This document shows positions 49,403 to 60,859 of a stretch of DNA of 64,000 nucleotides, in pieces. The notes under the pieces were generated by a model. The model made no database searches, was not told where the DNA came from, and saw nothing but the letters and a program-made list of their open reading frames with translations. Where the stretch lies: the NCBI GenBank assembly GCA_950097015.1, contig CATNEN010000007.1, positions 11,966,001-12,030,000 on the forward strand, written 5' to 3'. The stretch's first letter is position 1. Each line of letters opens with the position of its first letter. The translations under genes and the position numbers were made by a program. The stretch comes from Macrostomum hystrix. Taxonomy: Eukaryota; Animalia; Platyhelminthes.

Positions 49403-51885
49403 CATCTGTCAGATCCCCGAGCCTCATCGTCTCTCTGCATGGCTGCACACTTTCTCCCTCTTCTGTGTCTCCTCTCTGGTCGTGGGTGCTAATTTTTTTT
49501 TACCTTCCACTCACGGCTGCCTCCAGCGCTGCCGAGGCAATGCCGCTTGAATTCGCAGACTCATCTGAGTTAACCGCCTGCTCAGCATGCCAATTGAGAT
49601 GGGATAATTCACTGGCTTGGGGATAGAATCCCTGTGCTGCTCACCTCTATCAGGTTCGGGTCTCGAAGCCACTCATTAATTATTAAACTGGCATGTGCTC
49701 AAGCCTGGCTGAGATGTCAAATTCGCCTCATCAACTGGGAGTCTGGGATCGCATGCAGTTGCTGTGGCGACTCTCATAAGTGGGGAATAAAAATTCATTG
49801 GGGAGCTGCAGGTGCGAGGACCCGGCTGAGTGTCCTGCATCTTCTGGTATCCGCGGATCCTCAGAAGGGGAAGAATAAGCCTCCACAACAAGCAGGTGCT
49901 TGGCGCATGATCTAATCCCCTTCAGACCCCTGCCAGCAGTTCTGAGCAGGCACTCCACAAGTCCTCCACTCTGGGGCCCTCAGAGACAGCTCAGTGGGGG
50001 GGCGGCAGCAGAGCGAAAAGTCCCAGCAGCAGCCGGGCGCCCGAGGACCAGCGACTCGGTCTCCTCGGATAATCCCCACCCACCCCAGCCCCGTGGCATC
50101 CCAGTTGGGGATCTCTCAGCGGGCAAGCGGACCGTGGAGGGCTGCGTGCGCACTTGCCTGCTGCAGGCGCCCCCCCCAATGTGGCTGCCCAGCCATCCGC
50201 ATCCCAGAAGGCTTGCTCTTTGATTGCGGCCCTTCTGCACGAGGGCCTGGCAAAGATGAGAACAGGCTTTGGAGAGCTCTGAGCACTGGAGCTGGGCGAG
50301 GGGATCTTCGAGACAGCGGCGGACATTCGAAGTCCGCGATGCAGCGAGCTGTGACCCCGCGAGTCCCCGGCCGTTCGGCCAGCAGGTCCCCCGACTGTCC
50401 GACACTTTTGCTGCTCTCGCTGCTGCTGCAGCTGCTGCTGCTGCTCCGGGAAATCCAGCAGACCTTGAAGTCACACGCTCCGCCAGGCGTGCCCGCTCCC
50501 CGTCCCGCGTGCTCGGAGCCTCCTCCGACTTCCCCTGCACGGCCCGCGGAGCAGAACCCGGGCAGGCAGCCGGACTATAAAGAGAAAGGGCGAGGGCGAA
50601 GGCAGCGGAGGAGCCAGCCGCACAAGAGGCTGCCAGTCAGGCGGGCTTCTTGCTGCCGCTGTGGCCCCTTATTCCCGTTCTTAAAAAACCGATTCAAAGC
50701 AAGAATTTGCAGCCGCAGTGACTCATCTGAACCCGCAGATCCTCAGGACCAGCTGCTCCAGCACCAGCACCTGGCCGGGCACCCGTTCCTGCACCAGCAG
50801 CCGCACCAGCAGTTCTGTGGCTCTGGCAGCCCTTCGGCCAGCATCGAGCAGTTCTCCAGGCAGGCCCTCGGCGACTTTGCCGCAATCGTAGCCAGGGACC
50901 AGCAGCAGCAGCAGCAGCAGCAGTTTCATCTGCAAGTGGACGAAGCTGTTAAAGGTTTCGCAGTTATCAAAGGTGAGCTCGCTACTCAAATTGTTCATTG
51001 ATTAATCTGCTCATTGACACCAAACTCATTTGTTACCAACGCAAACATTTGCATAGCAACAGCAAAATTGACTGACATTTCGCTAAACACAACCATAGAT
51101 TAGAGAACAATAGAAACATAACAATGTCCTCCATTGTGTTCCGTAGCTGGCTCAGTGGGGAGTCGATGAGTCTTGGTAACTGTTCTCTACTGTAAGTCTT
51201 TGTTCTTGCCAAATCCCTGCCCATAGGATTTCAAAAGAAAAGTTGAACAGAAACCGGGTTCATTGCAGTTTGAGCATCTGAAAGTTTAGTTTTGAGCACT
51301 ATAGCTGTCCGCTGCCTAAGGGGCCTGCTCCATAAGTCCCAATGCGTGAATTAAACAAGCAACCGGCAGTCTTGGACAAGTCAGTTGCGTCATACATTTC
51401 TTCTGGGCTTCAAGAGAAAATGGGGGCACGCAGGCACACAGCCTTGAGGCATTTCAACTTAAGTTCGGCTTTTTATTATTTCGTCCTGTTTCTTTAGGAC
51501 GCAGGCCACTTTTTTTAGAAAATGAAGTCAAGTTTTTGCGCAAGCGCGGGCCCATATTGACCAACTCTTATTTATGAGCCCCCGCCTCAGGGCCATAAAC
51601 AAATGGCTGTGGCCTGTCAGAAACTTTACAGACTGGAAACACCCTGAGACCTGCCTATGCAGTCTGGGGCGCATAATTAACTTAGTTGGGGCTTTTAGTG
51701 GCAACTCGGGCAAACCTCACACAGATTGTCACACCTGCAATGCCATCAGTTGAATGGAACTCCTGACCTTTACATCTGAACAAGCGATTTGAGCATTAAT
51801 TCAGACAGTGCTTTTGCGAATCGTTCCTTTCTGATTTCGGTTCGAGGGCTCATCTCGAGCGAGCGATCTGTTTCGAGAGATCCTC

Positions 51886-53128
51886 AGGTGTCTGTCTGTT
51901 CTGTTTCGGGTGTCTGTCAGTTCTGTTTCAGGTGTCTGTCAGTTCTGTTTCAGGTGTCTGTCAGTTCTGTTTCAGGTGTCTGTCAGTTCTGTTTCAGGTG
52001 TCTGTCAGTTCTGTTTCGGGTGTCTGTCAGTTCTGTTTCAGGTGTCTGTCAGTTCTGTTTCGGGTGTCTGTCAGTTCTGTTTCGGGTGTCTGTCAGTTCT
52101 GTTTCAGGTGTCTGTCAGTTCTGTTTCAGGTGTCTGTCAGTTCTGTTTCGGGTGTCTGTCAGTTCTGTTTCAGGTGTCTGTCAGTTCTTTTTCAGGTGTC
52201 TGTCAGTTCTGTTTCGGGTGTCTGTCAGTTCTGTTTCGGGTGTCTGTCAGTTCTGTTTCGAGAGATCCTCAGGTGTCTGTCAGTTCTGTTTCGGGTGTCT
52301 GTCAGTTCTGTTTCGGGTGTCTGTCAGTTCTGTTTCGGGTGTCTGTCAGTTCTTTTTCAGGTGTCTGTCAGTTCTGTTTTGGGTGTCCGTCAGTTCTGTT
52401 TCGAGAGATCCTCAGGTGTCTGTCAGTTCTGTTTCGGGTGTCTGTCTGTTCTGTTTCGGGTGTCTGTCTGTTCTGTTTCGGGTGTCTGTCTGTTCTGTTT
52501 CGGGTGTCTGTCAGTTCTTTTTCAGGTGTCTGTCGGTTCTGTTTCGGGTGTCTGTCTTTTCTGTTTCGGGTGTCTGTCAGTTCTGTTTCGGGTGTCTGTC
52601 AGTTCTGTTTCGGGTGTCTGACAGTTCTGTTTCGGGTGTCTGTCTGTTCTGCTTCGCGTGTCTGTCAGTTCTGTTTTGGGTGTCTGTCTGTTCTGTTTTG
52701 GGTGTCTGTCAGTTCTGTTTCGGGTGTCTGTCTGTTCTGTTTTGGGTGTCTGTCTGTTCTGTTTCGAGTGTCTGTCAGTTCTGTTTCGGGTGTCTGTCAG
52801 TTCTGTTTCGGGTGTCTGTCAGTTCTTTTTCAGGTGTCTGTCTGTTCTGTTTCGGGTGTCTGTCTGTTCTGTTTCGGGTGTCTGTCAGTTCTGTTTTGGG
52901 TGTCTGTCTGTTCTGTTTTGGGTGTCTGTCAGTTCTGTTTCGGGTGTCTGTCTGTTCTGTTTCGAGTGTCTGTCTGTTCTGTTTTGGGTGTCTGTCTGTT
53001 CTGTTTTGGGTGTCTGTCTGTTCTGTTTCGGGTGTCTGTCAGTTCTGTTTTGGGTGTCTGTCTGTTCTGTTTTGGGTGTCTGTCAGTTCTTTTTTGGGTG
53101 TCTGTCTGTTCTGTTTTGGGTGTCTGTT
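51886..53128. repeat. 22 bp minisatellite (GGGTGTCTGTCAGTTCTGTTTC)
   Basis: Tandem unit seen directly. It explains the VSVSSVSG/CQFCF pseudo-ORFs. Confidence 0.96.
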
Positions 53129-55947
53129 TCCTGCATTCTCGCCAGTCATTTGAGTTGGAAGGGCCCGCAGGCTGAGCAGTCTCATGCGGGCAGTTGTGTG
53201 AGTAGGCAGAGGCCATCCGAGACTGTAAACCTGGGTGTCTCGTTTTATTTATTTATTTGCCCGAATCTGAGTTAGGAAAATTCGTTCGCAATGGTCGTGC
53301 AGGCTAACTGGGAGTGATTTACGATCATGCAGCACTTACGGAGGTTGCTCAGAGCCTCTATTGACCTCCTGCTCACGGAGGACTCAAATCCCAACCCCGC
53401 CCTGTCAGCTCGGAACCCCCCTGGCTCGTTTCCCATCACGCGAAGACCTGAGATTTTTAAACTCCACAACGGCCCTGTTGCTCAATACTGGGGTGAGCAG
53501 TGATGGATGAGTCCATGGAATGAGCAGACAAAGCGAATGCCCAGCTGATTCTGTACACAATGTCCAGATAAGCACTGGATGTTAGCTAGCAATGAAGGAA
53601 GGCTACGTTAGAAGTTCTGGTCTTTTTGAATTGTTGTGGTCCTTCGGAATGGCCAGTGTGCAGTTCGGGCTCAGATCTTTGAGTCTGTCAGCCAACTCGA
53701 AATTCCCCATGATCGCTCTGGGAATCCGAAATTATTTTCGAATGATTGAAATTGAACTAGGCGGAGTCCTCCCTCCAGATGAATTCCCCAGGGAGAATCG
53801 AACCGCCGACCTCGCCTCCCTGGCCAATTGGGGATATCTTTATCGGCTGTGGGCCGTCTGGCAGCAGTGGGGAATTCCCATCGGAGCGATGGGGAGAAAG
53901 TTTTTGGGAAATCAAAAACAAAACGGGCACGTGGACAGGGGCGATTGCCGCTGAGCATACCAGGCTTGAGTTGTCGGACTCAATTTAGCTGATTGTGAGA
54001 ACTGGCGAAAACTGCACCCGACCGGCCGCTTGGATACAGCGGCTCGCTGGAAACTGTCCCGGCGCCTGCTCACTCTCATTAACTGGCTGGCGCAGTCAGT
54101 TTTTAAACAGGAAGGACACCCAGTTGCCAACTCGACACTTGAGGAGGCCACTCGACTTCGAGAAGACCACCGTTGGAAGCATTAATTTGAGTTTGAATTC
54201 TGTGTCAAAACACACGCAAAATGCATCCGAAATTGCTGCGAAACGGAAGTGCCAGGTAGGAAGAAGGCAAAAGGCTTGACTTGATTGAGACCAGCGCAAT
54301 GCATTTTGGCCGATTGTTGCCGAGTGCTACCAATGAATGCCACCCCAATGCCCCTTTCCCTTGCTCGACCTTCCTGTCTAATTAGCAATGCTAATGAGCT
54401 CCCAGAGCCACTCGGAATCCAGTTTTAAACACTGAGAGAAGAAGACCTCTGAGACACAAAAATAATGATCGTGCTACAACAACAATGCGCAGCGCAGATG
54501 ACTGGTCTCCCAGCCTCCCATAACACACTGGGAAATCCCATCAATCACTGCGCATGTTGGCCTGTCGTGGGGTGAGGGATGGGGAGGCGGGTCGGCGGGT
54601 GTCACTGCGAGTCTTCCAAAAACCTGGCACAATGTTCGGCATAAGCGAGTCCCACCCCGCCGGCCGCTTAAAGCAGCAGATCGAAGGATTGAAGAAACTA
54701 AGACTGAGAGAGGGAAAAAAGTCCCCTCTTGGGATTTGGGACCTGCAGCTCTCGGGAATCTGAATTCTGAAGGTATCGGCGGGTGTCTCGCTCCGCTGAC
54801 CCCGCAGACAGATTTGGCCCTGCCGCTGCTGCTGCTGCTGCTCAATCGGCCGTTTAATGAACTGTGGTGGGGGAGCGGCAGGGCAGGGAAAGTTGATGGC
54901 GATCCTGGATCCCATCCGCATGGGACAGGCTTGCAACATTCATTGAGCTTAGATTTGAGTCAGGCTTTGCAAAATGTGTCCCATTGAAATGCCTGCAGAT
55001 TTATTTAGCTCCGGGTGCGTGTTTGCAGTGCTATATTCGATATAAACTCACTGCCTCTGGCCAGGTGTGCCCAGGTGTCACCCGGCATATTTGTGTGAGC
55101 CAACTTCCCCTCACTCTCCCAACCCCAGCCAATTCCTTCTTTTCCCTTCAAGCCATCTCGTGGACGCTTGGGCTTTTTCTTCTTCTTGAAAGCTTTGATT
55201 TCCTTTAGCTTTCTCCACTCTGCTCGCGAGAAAGCGTCAATGGGGATAATTATCCCCAAGGTGCCGTAGGGTGAGGATTGCAGACAAACTCTTCGTTTTC
55301 CCAATTGCTCAGAGCTGCGCGGGTCACGCAACTTCGAAGCGGGGACTGTGCCCCGATCAATGCTGGGAATTTGGCAGCTCGGGAAGTGCTGGAGCTTTTG
55401 AGGGAGTAGGATTGGTCACCCGGAGACCGAAGTCCTGAGCAGAGCTGAGCAAGTAGAAAACAGCTGGCCAGCTAGGATTCTGGAGGAATTCTAGCAATTT
55501 CTGAGTGATTTTTGTCAACAATTTCATTTGTCTTGCTGCTCAATGGCCACAGATTCCGAGTGCTTCATCACCCTTAACAGCCTGAGATTGTCTCCATGAT
55601 GAGGCAGCTCTGGAGCCTGCCGAGCTGCTGGCCTGGCGCGGGGAACCAATGGGGCGGTTCGGCCCCACCTTCGCTGCGGGCCTCGCAGCGGGCGGAGCAG
55701 ATCATTGGCCCGGCCCGCATCGGCTCTCGGATGGCGGGGAAGCTGGGGCGCGGCGGAGGCTGGGGTGGGCCGCCCCCCTGCCGAGTGGGGAGGGCTGGGG
55801 AGGGTGCGGCTCGGGAAAGCGACACGAATGAATAAATAAGGAAGCGAGAAATTAGACAGCCAGAAGAAGAGTAATTCCCGGCAGAAGCGGCAGAAGCAGA
55901 GACAGATTTGAGCAGACCTACTCAACCAACCAGCGTGTGGTTGCCTA

Positions 55948-58900
55948 ATGAGCATGGACAGCCTGAAGTACCTGTGGCAGTGGTCCGCCCCCGCCGGCCG
56001 GGGATCCGAACTGTCAGCGGGAGGTCCGGCAGCTGCGGCTGCCGCGTCGCAGTTCCTGACAGTGGCCACCGCGGCAGCTGCTGGCGGCGGTGGCGGAGGT
56101 GGCGGCGGCTGCACAGGCGGCGGGGGCGCCAGCGGCGGCGGAGGTGGCTCGCAGGCCTCGATGAGCTACCAGCACCACCGCGCCTGCCTGTACCCGCCGG
56201 GTCCGGGGCCCTCGCCCTACTGCCCCTACCCGTCGCCATCGCAGGCTGCCAGCTCCTTCTACGAGGACGTGTACATGCGGGCCAAGGGCGGCAAAGGAAA
56301 GGGTGAGGATCAGAGGACTGGTTGCCCCTCCAGGGACTCGCGTGCCGGTTGTGCCAGATCCCAACTCAAGGTGGGATCTCAGGATGGCTGCCACCTCTTT
56401 CACAGGCGGGCGGCCGCTTTGTGGCGCCCTGCTTTCTGTTCTTTATTTTTTTTGTTTCTTTTGCGAAATGCAGAACTCAATTTCCCAAGTGGCTTCTAGG
56501 AAGCGGGGACAGAATTGGGGAGGGGATCTCGCGGCAGTTTGTTAATCCCAGCTGAATATTTGATGGGGCCGCGCGGTCGCTCCGCGCAGCCTCCAAGACG
56601 CCCCGAGACAAAGGGGCTGAAATATTCATTGAGCCGGCGGTGCCATTTTACAGCTCCTCATTCGCAGATTTTGAGCAGAAATTTTTTACAAATTGCCACC
56701 TATTTTGAATTATGCAGGGAAAGTGTGCAAACTTTCAGTTTTATTCTTTCACGCCTGCAGCTCGCATGCACTGCAGCTTTCGTCGCTCATCTCTGGCCTT
56801 GTTTTTGTCGCGCCTTCAATTGCACCCATGGGATTTCTCCCTGCTGAAGCCACGCTAATTACTGACCAGACAGGCACAATAGGCTGTCAATGCTCTCATG
56901 TTTATTGTCCCCATCATGGGCTTGTCGATTGGGTCTGGTGCGGATCATCCGGGAGGGGGGAAGATGCTGCTGAGCAGGCAAAGTTGAGTATCTTCTAGGC
57001 ACAGCCATGCAATCTTGTCTGCTTCTTCATGGGCTAAATAATTAATCTGTCCGACTGTTCATGCCAAAGTCCTTAATCTCTATCAGGGTGGAAATCAGCA
57101 GCATGAACTGCAGCCGAAGGAAAGGCTTCTTGCATATTTAAATGCGCTACCCATGCAGCATTTGAAACAGGTTCTCACTGGGCCGTGTGACTTTCTCAGG
57201 CTGTGACTTTCTTGGCTGCTGGCTGGCCGAACTGCAGGTGGCGTCAGGGCGGAAGTGCAGCCTGTCTGCTGCTTAACAAAAATGCTAATTGCACTGCAAA
57301 GCGGTGGTGGTGGTGGGCAGTGGTGGGCGGCAATGGAAATGCAGAACTGCAAACTCACTGTCTCTTGCCTGTCAGTGGCATAACTAGCAGTTTCTCAGAG
57401 CAGCTGCCGCAGCTGTTGTCAATGCGACTGAATTCTCTTCTGATTCGATTCCACTGCAGAGCCTCTGCACAGGGGGTCAGCGGGCTCTGCCAGCCACCCG
57501 CCGGGCCACAAAAGCCGCTGCCGACTGTCGCCTTTTGTGGACAACTTGAAGGAGAAATCAGCTCTCGGGTTTGGAGGGCCGCCCTGCGAGGATCCGGCCA
57601 GCCGCAGATGGGGGGGGGCGGCTCTTCTCAGCAGGATTGGGGAGAACTGCCCTGCTCCTCCGCTCCCCTTGTTGTTTGCCTATATAATTTAATTGCGTTA
57701 TGAGCTACAAGAAAGTGATTTACGTTTCATTGCTCTCTGAACAGGCTCCTCAGAGCCCCATCTCCTCTCACAACTTCTCATTCTCCCATCGCCTTTCTGT
57801 GGTGCCGCGCAATATACATTTCCTGGAATGGGCCGGCCGTCCCTAACCCAGTTAAGGCTGCGCCGGCGATAATCAAGTGCCCCCAACCCCATGCAGCCCC
57901 CTGCCTGGGCCGGCATATAAAATGCGGCAATTCCGCTCCGGCCCGGCCCGATGAGGCGGCCAAGAAGGCAACTCCAGAAAGGAGCGACTCTGCCAAATCC
58001 CCACCTGATTTCTTGGGATTTTCAAGGAAGCATCCACAGAATTTTCTCAGATTTGAAGAGAATGGACCGAGGCGGCGACAAGGCTGGCGACCCGCAGGAG
58101 TCGCTGCTCAGGCTTCACCTGCTCGGGATGTACCTGAAAAACATCGGTGAGGACTGCTCAGAGACCTCCCGCAGTCGATCCAAAACTTTGGTATCCCCTT
58201 TAGAAATTATCCCCTGCCTAAACTACAAATTTCCTCAATCGCAATTCCCAACCTCTCCGAACCCCCCCTTCGACGCACCGCAGGCCACGGCGGCATCAAC
58301 CAGCTCGGCGGTGCCTTCGTGAACGGCCGGCCGCTGCCCGACTACACCCGCAACCAGATCGTGGAGCTGGCGCAGCGGGGCGTCCGCCCCTGCGACATCA
58401 GCCGGCGCCTCCGAGTCAGCCACGGCTGCGTGTCGAAGATCCTCGGCCGATTCTACGAGACTGGCAGCATCCGGCCCGGCGTCATCGGCGGCTCGAAGCC
58501 GAAAGTGGCCACGCCCTCCGTGGTGGATGCCATCTGCAAGTACAAGGCCGAGAACCCCACCATGTTCGCATGGGAGATCCGCGACATGCTGCTGTCCGAG
58601 GGCGTGTGCTCGCAGGATACGGTGCCCTCCGTGTCCTCCATCAACCGCATCGTGCGCAACAAGGCCGCGGAGAAGAGCCAGTCGGCTGACGATGAGGACG
58701 AGATCAGGGCTGGCAGCTGCGATCTCCAGCAGCCGCCACAGCAGCAGCAGCCGAGCGGCAGGGACGGCGGCAGCGGCCACCAACAAGGACTTCTGCTGTC
58801 CAGCCACGCAGCCTACACCATCAAGGGTCTGCTCGGCGGCCTCAACTCTGCCCAAGCTGCCAAAGACCAGCCGCAACAGCTCCAGCACCAGCATCAGCAC

Positions 58901-59098
58901 CAGCATCAGCACCAGCATCAGCACCAGCAACAGCACCAGCATCTGGCGCTGGCTGGTGACGATTCCTCGCCTGGCAGCTCTTCCGTGAGCAACGGCGCCC
59001 TGCCTGACGAGAACCAGAACAGCCTGCTGCAGCACCAGCACCAGCTGCAGCACCAGCACCAGCTGCAGCACCAGCACCAGCAGAGGAAGCGCAGACAT

Positions 59099-59129
<31 letters not shown>

Positions 59130-60145
59130 TGGATGAGTCAGGCAAGTAGCTAACTGGTCCTTACACAATAGCGGGTACTTCTGACTCAAAATCATGTGCC
59201 GTACAAAACTAATTCCTCGTTAATAACTCAACTTGCTAATTTTAGACAGTGGCAAGGATCTGGAAGTTCGCAGCCGACTGTCACCCACTGACCGCTCAGA
59301 GGTGAGAAATTCACACGGATGCTTGGACAAGTAGCAGCAATCGCTGTCCAGATGGTAGAGATAATTTTACATGAAATCGGTTTCTCTATTACAGTGGCTG
59401 AGCCCCGTGAAGCGCATCAAGGTGGAGTCACCGATTGGCGGCTCGAACCCCAGACTACTGCCGACGCTCAGCGCTCAGCAGGCGGCGGCCGCCGCGGCCG
59501 CAGCGGCGGCAGCCTACGGCAGCGGCTTCGTCGGCAGCAGTGGCGGCCTGTCCCAGGAGCCGCAGTTCTACCCGACTGCGCCAGGAGGCGCGCGCCACAG
59601 CGTCTACCACACAGTCGAGACTCAGCAGCAACAGCAGCAGGACCAGCATCAGCAGCATCAGCAACATTCTGGCCAGCACCACCAGCTGCCGCAGGCGCCG
59701 CCCCCGGCCCAGCCGCATCCTCTGCCACCGGACAGTCCCAAGCTAGACGACTTCCGGGCCCACTACGGCCTGCACACCGCCCACCAGTACAACACCGCGG
59801 CCAGCTACGCAGCCGAGTACGCGGCCGCCGCGGCCTACCAGGGCTACGCCAGCCAGCACTACGGCGCCGCAGCCGCGACGCACTACGGTTCGCCGCAAGA
59901 CGCGGCCTCGACTGCCGCCGCCTCCTCCTGGTTTCTGCAGTCCTACGGAGCAGCCGCCCACACCAGGATGAGTGAGTCCGATTCGGATTTTTCTCTGATA
60001 TCCTACTTTAAGTAGACCAGTGGGACATTTTGTCATGTCCCAATTCAAAATTATAATTCGCGATTTCAAATGGCCGATTCCCGCAGACGCACAGTACTAC
60101 TATCCGACGCCTCCCACCGCTGTGGCCAACGAGGGCCACTGCTGA
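55948..60145 (+). CDS. Pax2/5/8: Pax2/5/8-family paired-box transcription factor. Inferred exons 55948-56302, (optional 58051-58146), 58284-59141, 59246-59301, 59395-59971 and 60087-60145; about 634 aa without the optional exon
   Basis: G|[19 protein letters not shown]...[45 protein letters not shown]...[11 protein letters not shown]...[14 protein letters not shown], octapeptide-like YTIKGLLG and C-terminal YYY. The exon sum of 1905 nt keeps one frame. The paired box is certain; the flanking exons are inferred. Confidence 0.85.
57916..57922 (+). promoter_or_regulatory. Candidate TATA box for a proximal Pax promoter
   Basis: TATAAAA in GC-rich context about 140 nt upstream of ATG 58062, which is in frame with the paired box via the donor at 58147. 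Confidence 0.35.
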
Positions 60146-60859
60146 CCAAGGACTAACCTGGATTTCTGTACCTAAAATTCTATTGCCTTCTTGTTATATC
60201 ATTCTATCATTCTTTTTGCACTCTGACTGTCACATGGTCGCCTGTTTTGTTTTGTCTGTTGTGAGTGTCGCACCTTTGTTGCTAGTCCACTAAGGCAGTG
60301 AGCAGTCAGCTGCTGCTGCTGCTGCTGCTTCAACGCCGCCTATATAAAAAAGTCCCGCCGAAGATGCAGAACTCAATTTTGTGCAAACTTTGCTTTGACT
60401 AATGAACTTGGATAAATTTCGCACCATTTTACTGCATGTAGTACTTACAGTAGCTCCAATGCTAAGCGTTCTATTCCAGTCTCTGAGTTTCTGTCCATTA
60501 CCAAGTTTAAAAATGCTTTCATCGCATTGTTGGGACAAGGGGGGGCGAGAAGGCGAGGTCAGAGCGAGCCCAGACACCTAGAACTCAATCAGCTGTACTA
60601 AAACCCTATTTTCCATAGTCTGTTTCCCATACTGCAATGGCAGCCCTGGGAACTCTGCACAGCGCACACCTCTGCGAACCTCACAGAAGCGAAAATACAC
60701 TTGTGTAGTAGAATTTTTCATTTCTAAATGACTACTTGCGAGCAAACAATCCTGCCTAGTCTACTCTGAGTAGAACTGTGTGCATTTATTGTTTTTACTT
60801 CGAAAATATGACGATGAATAAGACAGGATCTCACTTAAAGTAAATTTTATTGTGAATAC

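Noticed and set aside
47100-50300. Numerous short GC-rich ORFs
   Set aside because: No domain similarity or consistent exon structure; probably Pax upstream regulatory DNA with CAG microsatellites.
51789-53275. Cys-rich ORFs of 454 and 421 aa
   Set aside because: Translations of the 22 bp minisatellite.
58284-58665. Pax6 or Pox neuro identity
   Set aside because: It has R44/H47, [18 protein letters not shown] and an octapeptide typical of Pax2/5/8, and lacks the Pax6 I/Q/N residues and homeodomain.
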